DNA of 35,063 bases, from positions 1 through 35,063 of the forward strand of contig JANMPX010000190.1 in the NCBI GenBank assembly GCA_031370085.1. Reading direction: 5' to 3'. Positions 7,099-14,549 of the stretch are shown piece after piece; the stretch's first letter is position 1, and every line of letters starts with the position of its first letter. The position numbers were made by a program, and so were the translations under genes. The DNA is from Chloroflexota bacterium (GTDB taxonomy: Bacteria; Chloroflexota; Limnocylindria; QHBO01). The notes under the pieces were generated by a model that worked only from the letters and a program-made list of their open reading frames with translations, did not search any database and was not told the origin of the DNA.

Positions 7099-7912
7099 GC
7101 GGCCCCCGCTTTCGGGGCCGGAGATGGTCGACCTGGGGCCTGCCGGATACGGCCCGCTCGATCTCAGCTGCCACGAAATCAACATGCGGTCGAAGGTGGG
7201 CCTGAAGGTCGTCCGAGCGGTCCTGCGCCTCGCCGACGTAGACGGCTCGTGCCCGGGCAAAAACCGCGCGGTGCTCTTCGGGGAGACGCGGAAGGACCCA
7301 GTCCGCCGCGGCGTCCTTTGATCGGATCGCGCCGGTCGCGGCGGTGGTCCAGATTCGGGCGAGCGTGAGTACGACATTCACTGTATCGGGCTCAAGATCG
7401 TCGAGCAGACCAGGGATGCCGGCGGTGATGGCTCGGATCAGGTCATCGTGCGGGACGGGGTCAAGGACTTCGGCTGGTGGTGGTCCGAAGAGCGATCGGT
7501 CTCCGAGCAGCACCATCGTGATCAGCGGAGCGAGGTCCGGACTCTTGTCTGACGCGGATGGCATGCCGCCTCGCTCGATGCCGGTCCGCATCCACTCGCC
7601 GTACTGGAACTCAAGCCGGGGCGCATATCGCCATGGCTGCACGTCGGTCTGGACGACAATCGTCAGCTCAATCGGGCGTGGCGCCCCGGGCTGACCCCAA
7701 CGGCCCGAGATGAGGAGCAGCCCGTCGACGAGCGCTCGCCGCTCCTCGCGCGTCAGGCGGCGCTTGGAGACCACGAGGACGTCCGTGTCACTGCGAGGTC
7801 GCAGCCCGCCGAGCACCGCGGAGCCATGCTGATATGCGCCGATAACGTCCTTGCCAAGCACCTGGCGAACCAGGTTCACGATCTGATCGACCTGCTCCAG
7901 GCGCAAGCCCAT
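7067..7912 (-). CDS. AadA-like aminoglycoside nucleotidyltransferase family protein (ANT(3'')/ANT(9)-type, NTase + DUF4111)
   Basis: Similarity to AadA as I remember it is collinear: HGSAVLGGLRPRSDTDVLVV, PWRYAPRLEFQYGEW, LFGPPPAEVLDPVP and NVVLTLARIWTTAATGAIRSKDAAADW. The C-terminal roughly 27 aa is a run-on tail that overlaps the convergent ALDH-like gene by 32 nt. Confidence 0.85.
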   Translation of the reverse strand: MGLRLEQVDQIVNLVRQVLGKDVIGAYQHGSAVLGGLRPRSDTDVLVVSKRRLTREERRALVDGLLLISGRWGQPGAPRPIELTIVVQTDVQPWRYAPRLEFQYGEWMRTGIERGGMPSASDKSPDLAPLITMVLLGDRSLFGPPPAEVLDPVPHDDLIRAITAGIPGLLDDLEPDTVNVVLTLARIWTTAATGAIRSKDAAADWVLPRLPEEHRAVFARARAVYVGEAQDRSDDLQAHLRPHVDFVAAEIERAVSGRPQVDHLRPRKRGPPTRRSGARPS

Positions 7913-7916
7913 CGGC

Positions 7917-9230
7917 CTAGACTAAGCCCAGCCAGCCGGCAAGCGTGGACCCGAAGAGCACAAGGGTCAGCAGGATCACCAGCCCGGTGAGTCCCCAGGC
8001 CAGCACGTTCAACCAGGTCGGGTTGGTGTGGCGGCCCATGATCCGCGGGTTGTTCACCAGGCGCAGCATGAAGACCAGGATGATCGGCAGCAGGATCCCG
8101 TTCAGGTTCTGGCTGACGAGGATGACCCCGATCAGCGGCAGGCCCGGCACGAGCACCACCACGGCGCCGATGAGAATCAGGGCGGTGTAGAGGCCCATGA
8201 AGGCCGGCGCCTCGCTGAACTTGCGCGAGACGCCCGACTCCCAGCCGAACGACTCGCATACCGCGTAGCTGGTCGTCAGCGGCATGACGGTTGCCGCCAG
8301 GACCGATGCCCCGAACAGCCCGAACGCGAAGAGGGCCTTGGCGAAGTTGCCGGCAACCGGCGCCAGGGCGAGCGCGGCCTGGTCGGCGCTTTCGATATGG
8401 ATCCCGCGCGGGAAGATGGTCACCGCGGTGACGACCACGATGAAGAGGGCGATCGTGTTGGTCCAGATGCCGCCCAGGATCGCGTCGGTGCGCCCCAGCG
8501 GCAGCTCCTCTGGCCCCAGCCCCTTGTCGGCGACCGAGGACTGCAGGTAGAAGAACATGTACGGGGTGACGGTGGTGCCCACCGTGGCCACCATCAGCAG
8601 CAGCGCGCTTGGCGCCAGGTCGATCGATGGATTGACCAGCGCCCGCCCGACCTGTCCCCAGTCCGGTCCGGCCACGAAGGCGCTCACCACGTAGGCCCCG
8701 AAGACGACCGCCACCGACAGGAAGACCCGCTCCACGACCCGGTAGCTGGCGAACACGACCAGCGCCCAGATCCCGGCCGCTACGATCGGCACGGTGGCAT
8801 ACCGTGGGATTCCGAAGATCTCCAGCGCGGCCGCCGCGCCGGCGAACTCCGCCACGATGTTCGCCCCGTTCGCAAGCAGCAGCACGATCATGGCGAACAG
8901 GGTCCAGCGGATGCCGAAGTCGTCGCGGATGAGGTCGCCAAGTCCCTGCCCCGAGACGGCACCCATGCGCGCCGCCATCTCGAGCACCACCACCAGCAGG
9001 AGGGTGGTGATCGGGAAGATCCAGAGCAGCGAGAGGCCTGTCTCGGCGCCGAGGACGCTGTAGGTGGCGATGCCGCCGGCATCGTTGCCGGCCAGCCCCG
9101 CGATCAGGCCGGGGCCCATCACGCCCAGAAAGGCGAGCACCCCGGAGCGATGCACGCGGAAGTTCGGCAGCCGCTCGCGCAGCGAGCGCTGCGCGCGCCG
9201 GATCGGGCGGGGAATGGCCAGGCGGGTCAC
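7917..9230 (-). CDS. NRAMP/SLC11-family transporter with non-canonical metal site (NRMT-like, putative Mg2+ carrier)
   Basis: A polytopic protein with the Nramp N-terminus GVMGPGLIAGLAGNDAGGIATYSVLGAETGLSLLW. TM1 DPGN reads DAGG, and TM6 A-x-x-M-P-H reads GTTVTPY. The GTG start lies 3 nt after the upstream stop. Confidence 0.85.
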   Translation of the reverse strand: MTRLAIPRPIRRAQRSLRERLPNFRVHRSGVLAFLGVMGPGLIAGLAGNDAGGIATYSVLGAETGLSLLWIFPITTLLLVVVLEMAARMGAVSGQGLGDLIRDDFGIRWTLFAMIVLLLANGANIVAEFAGAAAALEIFGIPRYATVPIVAAGIWALVVFASYRVVERVFLSVAVVFGAYVVSAFVAGPDWGQVGRALVNPSIDLAPSALLLMVATVGTTVTPYMFFYLQSSVADKGLGPEELPLGRTDAILGGIWTNTIALFIVVVTAVTIFPRGIHIESADQAALALAPVAGNFAKALFAFGLFGASVLAATVMPLTTSYAVCESFGWESGVSRKFSEAPAFMGLYTALILIGAVVVLVPGLPLIGVILVSQNLNGILLPIILVFMLRLVNNPRIMGRHTNPTWLNVLAWGLTGLVILLTLVLFGSTLAGWLGLV

Positions 9231-9233
9231 GCC

Positions 9234-10502
9234 TCAGCGCTCCTCGGCCGACTCATAGATCTCGGGCAGGCGCTTGCGCCAGCCCTCACCGAGTGCGCGC
9301 TCGAAGGCGTCATCGACGGTGACGATCCCCTGCATGCGCCCGTCCGCGTCGACCACCGGCAGAGCCAGCAGGTTGTAGCGCGCGATCGCCGCGCCGACCT
9401 GCTCGGCATCCACGTTGAGCGCCACGCTGATCGGGTCATGACGCATGAACTCGCTGACCGGGGTCTCTGGGCGCGCCACGATCAGGCCCCGCAGGGTGAT
9501 GGTGCCGACCAGGATCCCGTCCGGATCGGTCACGTAGAGGTAGTAGATCTGGTCGGCGTCGGGATGCAGCTCGCGGAGCATGTCGATCACCCGCTCGGCG
9601 GTCTGGTCGGGCGTGATGGTGATGAAATCGGTGGTCATCAGGCCACCGGCCGTCTCCTCGCCGTAGGCCAGCAGCTCGCGCACGTCGGAGGCCTCCTCGG
9701 GCTCCATCAGGTTCAGCAGCTCCTCCTGTCGCGCCTCCGACAGATCGGCAACCAGGTCGGCCGCCTCGTCCGGCCCCATCTCTTCGAGGATGTCGGCGGC
9801 CTTCTCTGGCGACAGTGCCTCGAGAATGTCGACCTGGTCGTCGGCGGCCAGCTCCTCGAGCACGTCCGCCGCGCGCTCGTCGTCCAGCGAGGCGAGGATG
9901 CCGGCACGGTCGCGCGGGGCCAGCTGCTCGACGATATGCGCGACGTCGGCCGGGTGCAGCGTGCCGAGCGCCTGGTGGGGGACTCGCAGCTTCAGGCTCG
10001 AGACGCTCGACTCGACCGGATCGACGTCCTCCCACTCGATGTAGTTCTCGGCCTCGAGCCCCACCGCCTTTGCCAGCCGCTCTCCCGGCCCGGACAGGCC
10101 GAGCCTGCGCAGGATCCCGGCGAGGCCCACATCGACCGCCACGAGTCGGAGCCGCCCCTCGACGGGGGCCAGCTGGATATCGTTGACGCGCACGATCTTG
10201 CGGCCCTCGACATCGACGATCTGCTTGTCCTGCAGGTCGAGCCAGAGCCGGATCTCATCGGGGCGCTGCCGAAAGGTCGTGATGTCGATGCTCGAGGTGT
10301 GCAGCCGGGCGCCGGACTCGTCGATCTCCTCGACATCGGTCCAGGGCAGGAAGATCTCGCGTCCGCCCGCGACCCGCAGGACGAGCCCGGTGACCGGCGG
10401 GTACTGCTCGCCGAGGGCCACGATCAGGTCGCGGACCTTGCCGAATGGCTCGCCGTTGCGGTCCAGGACCGGACGGCCGATGAGCTGGCTCAGGAAGAGC
10501 AT
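9234..10502 (-). CDS. soluble PRC-barrel / MgtE N-domain / CBS-pair protein (MgtE sensor module without pore domain)
   Basis: The N-terminus has PRC-like repeats (LIGRPVLDRNGEPFGKVRDLIV..., IVDVEGRKIVRVNDIQL). The MgtE_N helices follow (DVLEELAADDQVDILEALSPEKAADILEEMGPDEAADLVADL) and then the linker ETAGGLMTTDFITI. Two CBS motifs follow. The ORF ends with no hydrophobic segments. Confidence 0.85.
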   Translation of the reverse strand: MLFLSQLIGRPVLDRNGEPFGKVRDLIVALGEQYPPVTGLVLRVAGGREIFLPWTDVEEIDESGARLHTSSIDITTFRQRPDEIRLWLDLQDKQIVDVEGRKIVRVNDIQLAPVEGRLRLVAVDVGLAGILRRLGLSGPGERLAKAVGLEAENYIEWEDVDPVESSVSSLKLRVPHQALGTLHPADVAHIVEQLAPRDRAGILASLDDERAADVLEELAADDQVDILEALSPEKAADILEEMGPDEAADLVADLSEARQEELLNLMEPEEASDVRELLAYGEETAGGLMTTDFITITPDQTAERVIDMLRELHPDADQIYYLYVTDPDGILVGTITLRGLIVARPETPVSEFMRHDPISVALNVDAEQVGAAIARYNLLALPVVDADGRMQGIVTVDDAFERALGEGWRKRLPEIYESAEER

Positions 10503-10738
10503 GGGACGACCACCTCGCCTTCGCGTCGGAGGAGCTGTGACGCGTGCGGGTGGCCGATGGGTCGCGAACGGGGGGCGCCGAGCGGAACGCTAGGCGGTCG
10601 CCCTCCCGTCGGCCGATGGCCGCGGGCACGCGCAGATTCGACTACCGGAACCGGCGTCCACGTTGGATCGCGCTTCGCCTCGATGTGGATTTGGTCGGGC
10701 CGATGCCACGGCGTGCTCGCCGTGAGGCCGCGCTGATT

Positions 10739-11386
10739 CTAGACCGGCGCGGCGCCCGCGTGAACCCCGGCGTCGACCTTGCCGCGGGCGCGGTGGCGAG
10801 CCACCTTGGCCTGGTTGCCGCAGGTCCGCATGTCGCACCAGCGACGTCGTCCGGTCGGGGAGCGATCGACGAAGACCCAGCGGCAGTTCGGGTTGCCGCA
10901 GACGCGCAGCCGGTGCGCGGCGTCATCGGCCAGGAATTGCGCAAACGAGCTGGCGATGATGGCGCGCGCCTGGTCGAGCCGGTCGCCGATCTGTGCGAAG
11001 GAGTAGCTCGTTTCCTGGGGGTCAAGGCGCAGCTGGTGGAAATGCAGCCCGTGGCGGAGGATGTGGTTGAGGTCGCGTAGCTGTCCTGCCGTTGGACGCC
11101 CGTGCTCGACCACGGCCTCGGCCAGGTCGTGGAGCAGGCCGCGGAGATGGTGGAAGCGCTCCAGGCGTCGGGCAGCCTCGGCCGGGTCGCGGTGCAATCG
11201 CCCCGCCTCTGCGGCCCGGGCTCGGTCGCTGATCAGACCGTGGCCGCGCAGCCAGGTGAGGAGGGCATCCACATCGGGCAGGTGGTCGGTGTCCCTGCTG
11301 CGGCTGTGCTGCAGCGTATTGGAGAAGGCCGCGAACAGATCATCAGCCTCGTCCGGCCCGAAGCGTATGGCCTGGGTGAGTGTCAT
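10739..11386 (-). CDS. CGNR zinc-finger (ABATE-domain) putative transcription regulator
   Basis: The C-terminus is RLRVCGNPNCRWVFVDRSPTGRRRWCDMRTCGNQAKVARHRAR, the zf-CGNR signature with a CGNQ variant. Confidence 0.85.
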   Translation of the reverse strand: MTLTQAIRFGPDEADDLFAAFSNTLQHSRSRDTDHLPDVDALLTWLRGHGLISDRARAAEAGRLHRDPAEAARRLERFHHLRGLLHDLAEAVVEHGRPTAGQLRDLNHILRHGLHFHQLRLDPQETSYSFAQIGDRLDQARAIIASSFAQFLADDAAHRLRVCGNPNCRWVFVDRSPTGRRRWCDMRTCGNQAKVARHRARGKVDAGVHAGAAPV

Positions 11387-11389
11387 CTT

Positions 11390-11474
11390 GTAACCACTAT
11401 ACAGCGGTTGACAAGTTACTCACCCGGCGCTACCATACCCAATGGTAACCGTTCATCACGTCCTTATTAGTTAC
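11390..11474. promoter_or_regulatory. two copies of an inverted repeat GTAAC-N20-GTTAC (11390-11419 and 11445-11474), candidate operators
   Basis: GTAAC occurs at 11390 and 11445, and GTTAC at 11415 and 11470. Internal spacing is an identical 20 nt and the copies are offset by 55 nt. They sit in the lowest-GC stretch of the window, between the CGNR gene and the small ORFs. Confidence 0.45.
11408..11436 (+). promoter_or_regulatory. sigma-70-type promoter candidate (TTGACA-17 nt-TACCAT)
   Basis: An exact -35 hexamer lies at 11408-11413, followed by a 17-nt spacer and a TAnnnT -10 at 11431-11436. It points towards the small ORFs. Confidence 0.35.
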
Positions 11475-11500
11475 ACGTTTCCGCGACGGGAGGCAAATGA

Positions 11501-11581
11501 ATGATTGGATTGGTGCTGATCGTGGCGGTGATGGTGGCCTTCGACCTCGCCGCCGTTCGTTGGGGAGCGGACAGCCGTTGA
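11501..11581 (+). CDS. 26-aa hydrophobic micropeptide candidate (MIGLVLIVAVMVAFDLAAVRWGADSR)
   Basis: GGGAGG at 11488-11493 lies 7 nt before the ATG. Third positions are G/C-rich in this frame but not in the overlapping ATG-11497 frame. It has a single TM-like segment. It is below the ORF-track length cutoff. Confidence 0.4.
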   Translation: MIGLVLIVAVMVAFDLAAVRWGADSR

Positions 11582-11670
11582 CCCTACGCGACAGCCGCAT
11601 CGAAGGCCTGATACCGACGACCACATAGGGATCGCTCGCGCGATACCCAGAAACCACTGAGAGGAATCCC

Positions 11671-11832
11671 ATGAGCCGAGGCGCAACCTATCTCGGGCTA
11701 CTCGCCGCGCTGAAGCAGGAAGAGATGCTGTACGAGGCACGACGCCGACAGCGTTCGACCGACGTGATCCGTCGCCGCCGCGGCCGATCGCTCGGCGCGA
11801 CCCTGCTGCGCGTGCTGCGCGGCAAGCGCTAG
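11671..11832 (+). CDS. 53-aa highly basic small protein candidate (MSRGATYLGLLAALKQEEMLYEARRRQRSTDVIRRRRGRSLGATLLRVLRGKR)
   Basis: GAGAGGA at 11659-11665 lies about 6 nt before the ATG. It ends at TAG 11830-11832 and is followed by a terminator-like hairpin. Confidence 0.4.
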   Translation: MSRGATYLGLLAALKQEEMLYEARRRQRSTDVIRRRRGRSLGATLLRVLRGKR

Positions 11833-11852
11833 TCGCAAGCCCACCATCGACA

Positions 11853-11886
11853 CGGCCCGGACCCCGAACAGGGACCGGGCCGTTTC
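11853..11886 (+). terminator. intrinsic-terminator-like hairpin
   Basis: CGGCCCGG (11853-11860) pairs with CCGGGCCG (11875-11882). Inner CCC/GGG pairs extend the stem, and TTT follows. Confidence 0.5.
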
Positions 11887-11901
11887 CATTGCCTGCGTAG
11901 A

Positions 11902-13662
11902 ATGGCCCGCATGCCGACCCCGCGCGCCGTCACTCGTTCAGCGGACCCTGTGATCTCGAACGCGGAGCTGGCACGTGTCTTCCGGGAGATCGGCGACATG
12001 CTCGAGATCCTGGGCGAAGTCGTGTTCAAGGCCGTTGCCTATCGACGGGTGGCCGATGCGGTGGAGCGATGGCCTGAAGACGTGGCGGCCCTCTACCGGC
12101 AGGGGACCCCGCCGAAGGTTCCCGGTGTCGGGGACGCGTTGACCGCGAAGCTCGCCGAACTGGCCGAAACCGGGCACCTTGCGTACCACGAGCGTTTGCG
12201 GCTGCAGGTGCCGAGCGGGCTGCTCGACCTGCTCCGCATTCCCGGCCTCGGACCACGGACGGTCAAGCTGCTGCATGGCGAGCTGGGGATCGACTCGCTC
12301 GAGTCGCTGCGGGCCGCCGCGGAAGTCGGCGCGCTCAGACCGCTGAAGGGACTCTCAGCGCGGACCGAGCAGAACATCCTTGCCGGGATATCCCGCCTCG
12401 CGACCCAGGGCAGCCGCCTGCTGCTCCACGACGCCGATCTGCTCGCCGCCGAGCTGGTCGAGCAGCTTCGAACCGCGCGCGGTCTGCGCCAGATCGCTCC
12501 GGCAGGTTCGTTGCGCCGCCGCTGCGCCAGCATCGGTGATCTCGACTTGCTGGCAGCCACCGACGACCCGGCCTCGCTCATCGCCGCCTTCGGCCGCCTG
12601 CCCCAGGTCGCTCGGATCCTGTCGGCGGGCACTGACAAGTCGAGCGTGTTGCTGGCCTCGGGCCGCCAGGTCGACCTGATGGTCTGTGCTCCCGTTGCAT
12701 GGGGGACGCACCTCGTGCATTTCACCGGCAGCCGGGACCATAACGTCGCGCTCCGCTCGCGGGCGCTGGAGCGCGGGCTGTCGCTCTCCGAGAAGGGGTT
12801 CAAGGTGGTCGACACCGGCGAGCTGGAACTGGTGGCCACCGAATCGGACGTGTACGCCCGCCTGGACCTGCCCTTGATCGCCCCGGAACTGCGCGAGGAT
12901 TCGGGGGAGATCCAGGCCGCGGCCGCGGATCAGCTGCCCGACCTGCTGCGCCTCGAGGACCTGCAGGGTGACACGCACGTCCACTCGGATTGGACCGACG
13001 GCGTCGACTCAATCGAGGCGATGGCGCGCGCGGCCCGCCAACGCGGGCATGGATGGATGGTCCTGACCGACCATTCACCATCGCTGGGGATCACCCGCGG
13101 CCTGTCTGCCGAGCGCGTCGCCGAGCAGCGGGCCGAGGTTGGTCGCATTAACCGCGAGCTGGCGCCGTTCCGCATCCTGCACGGAACCGAGATGGAGATC
13201 CGGGCTGACGGCAGCCTTGACTACCCCGATGAGCTGCTGGCCGGGTTCGACCTGGTCGTCGCCAGTGTCCACACCGCACGCGGGCAATCAAGCGACCAGC
13301 TGACGCGGAGAACGCTGGCCGCCATCGAGAATGAGCATGTCGACGCCATCGCGCACCCGACCGGCAGGATCGTGAATCGAAGGGACCCGGTGGTGCTCGA
13401 CTGGCCGCGGGTGTTCGAGGCCGCGGCCCGCACCGGCACCGCGCTCGAGCTCAACGGCAGTCCGCGCCTCGATCTCGATGACACCCTCGGGCGCGCGGCC
13501 GGCCGGGCCGGCGTGTGGCTCACGCTGGCGAGCGATGCCCACCGGACGGAAGAACTGGATCAGCTTCGCTATGCCGTCGATATGGCTCGCCGAGCCTGGC
13601 TGACCGCGCCGCAGGTGATCGGGGCTCGCTCGGCAGGTTCGCTGCTGGAGCTGGTTCGATGA
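11902..13662 (+). CDS. polX: family X DNA polymerase with C-terminal PHP phosphoesterase domain
   Basis: HhH regions are present (ELARVFREIGDMLEILGE..FKAVAYRR; IPGLGPRTVKLLH). The Pol-beta NTase motif is GSLRRRCASIGDLDLLA. The PHP motifs are GDTHVHSDWTDG, TDHS and ASVH. Confidence 0.9.
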   Translation: MARMPTPRAVTRSADPVISNAELARVFREIGDMLEILGEVVFKAVAYRRVADAVERWPEDVAALYRQGTPPKVPGVGDALTAKLAELAETGHLAYHERLRLQVPSGLLDLLRIPGLGPRTVKLLHGELGIDSLESLRAAAEVGALRPLKGLSARTEQNILAGISRLATQGSRLLLHDADLLAAELVEQLRTARGLRQIAPAGSLRRRCASIGDLDLLAATDDPASLIAAFGRLPQVARILSAGTDKSSVLLASGRQVDLMVCAPVAWGTHLVHFTGSRDHNVALRSRALERGLSLSEKGFKVVDTGELELVATESDVYARLDLPLIAPELREDSGEIQAAAADQLPDLLRLEDLQGDTHVHSDWTDGVDSIEAMARAARQRGHGWMVLTDHSPSLGITRGLSAERVAEQRAEVGRINRELAPFRILHGTEMEIRADGSLDYPDELLAGFDLVVASVHTARGQSSDQLTRRTLAAIENEHVDAIAHPTGRIVNRRDPVVLDWPRVFEAAARTGTALELNGSPRLDLDDTLGRAAGRAGVWLTLASDAHRTEELDQLRYAVDMARRAWLTAPQVIGARSAGSLLELVR

Positions 13663-14417
13663 TCGCCGGCCGGCTCGGCTTCCTGCGGCGGATCGAGCGA
13701 CCCGATGCGCTGCTGCTGGCAATCGGACTGGCCGTGCTCGCAGCGGTCGGCTGGTTCCTCTCGCCGTTTGGCGTGGCGCTGGTGATCGGCGCACAGCTGA
13801 TTGTCGGAGGCATCGGTGGCGTGTGGCTGGTCGGCCCGATCCGGCCTCGCTACGGCTTTGCGCGCTACGGAACACCGGCGGTGGCGAGCGTGGCTGCCAC
13901 CCTCGTGGGTCGGTTGCTTGGCGGACCGCTTCAGCTGGCGGCGATTCCGATCGTGGCGGGTCTGCTGCTCAGCGTCATCTGGGCCGAAATGCACCTTCCC
14001 ACGGACCGCGTGCCTCGGCTGGCAATCGACCTTGCGCTGGTTGGGATCGTCTTCGCGTCTGCGGCCGGATTGGCGGTCGCCCTGCCCAGGCTGTCCTGGC
14101 CGCCGTCCTTGATCCTCGTGGTGGTTGTGACCGCGCTGCCGGCGCTCCGGGCTGCCGAGCTGCGCGGACGCTTCGGCGTGGAAGCCGTCGGCCAGGCAGC
14201 CCTGCACCTGTTGGCGGTCGCGCAGCTTGGCGCCGCGCTGGCGTTGCTGCAGCTTCCCGGCGTGGTCGGGCCTGCGATCCTGGCATTGGGATTCCACGCC
14301 TGGTCGGGCGCAGCGGAGTCGCTCGACGCGGGGGCGCCGACGCGTGCCACGGTCGTCGAATTCGGGACGCTGGGTTTGCTCGGGATCCTGGTGGCCATCT
14401 TGCTGGCCGGTCGGTAA
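13659..14417 (+). CDS. polytopic integral membrane protein, unknown function
   Basis: ATG 13659 overlaps the polX stop (ATGA). The protein is 252 aa with about 7 hydrophobic helices. The track ORF starting at 13515 is an in-frame upstream extension inside polX. Confidence 0.7.
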   Translation: MIAGRLGFLRRIERPDALLLAIGLAVLAAVGWFLSPFGVALVIGAQLIVGGIGGVWLVGPIRPRYGFARYGTPAVASVAATLVGRLLGGPLQLAAIPIVAGLLLSVIWAEMHLPTDRVPRLAIDLALVGIVFASAAGLAVALPRLSWPPSLILVVVVTALPALRAAELRGRFGVEAVGQAALHLLAVAQLGAALALLQLPGVVGPAILALGFHAWSGAAESLDAGAPTRATVVEFGTLGLLGILVAILLAGR

Positions 14418-14448
14418 GCGGACCTTCGCCGCGCGAGCGCGCCTCGCG

Positions 14449-14477
14449 TTGACACCCTCCGCGGCCTCTGCTACAAC
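14449..14477 (+). promoter_or_regulatory. sigma-70-type promoter candidate (TTGACA-17 nt-TACAAC)
   Basis: An exact -35 lies at 14449-14454, followed by a 17-nt spacer and a -10 at 14472-14477. It sits about 70 nt upstream of the TPR gene. Confidence 0.4.
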
Positions 14478-14549
14478 AAGGCACCTTTCGGCCGGGGGAC
14501 CCCTCGGGCGGAGGGTCTTTCATGGCCGGGCACGCCTGCACGCGGGGAG

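Noticed and set aside
8028-10736. 902-aa plus-strand ORF, the longest in this part of the track
   Set aside because: It is entirely antisense to two strongly supported genes, the NRAMP homologue and the MgtE_N/CBS protein. Its translation is low-complexity R/D/G/H/Q/P-rich with no motif. Stop-free antisense frames are expected at this GC content.
10503-10738. Declaring an M-box Mg2+ riboswitch upstream of the MgtE-like gene
   Set aside because: I cannot recognise the M-box consensus by eye. Only repeated motifs and GC stems are visible. It is kept as a low-confidence finding that needs an Infernal scan.
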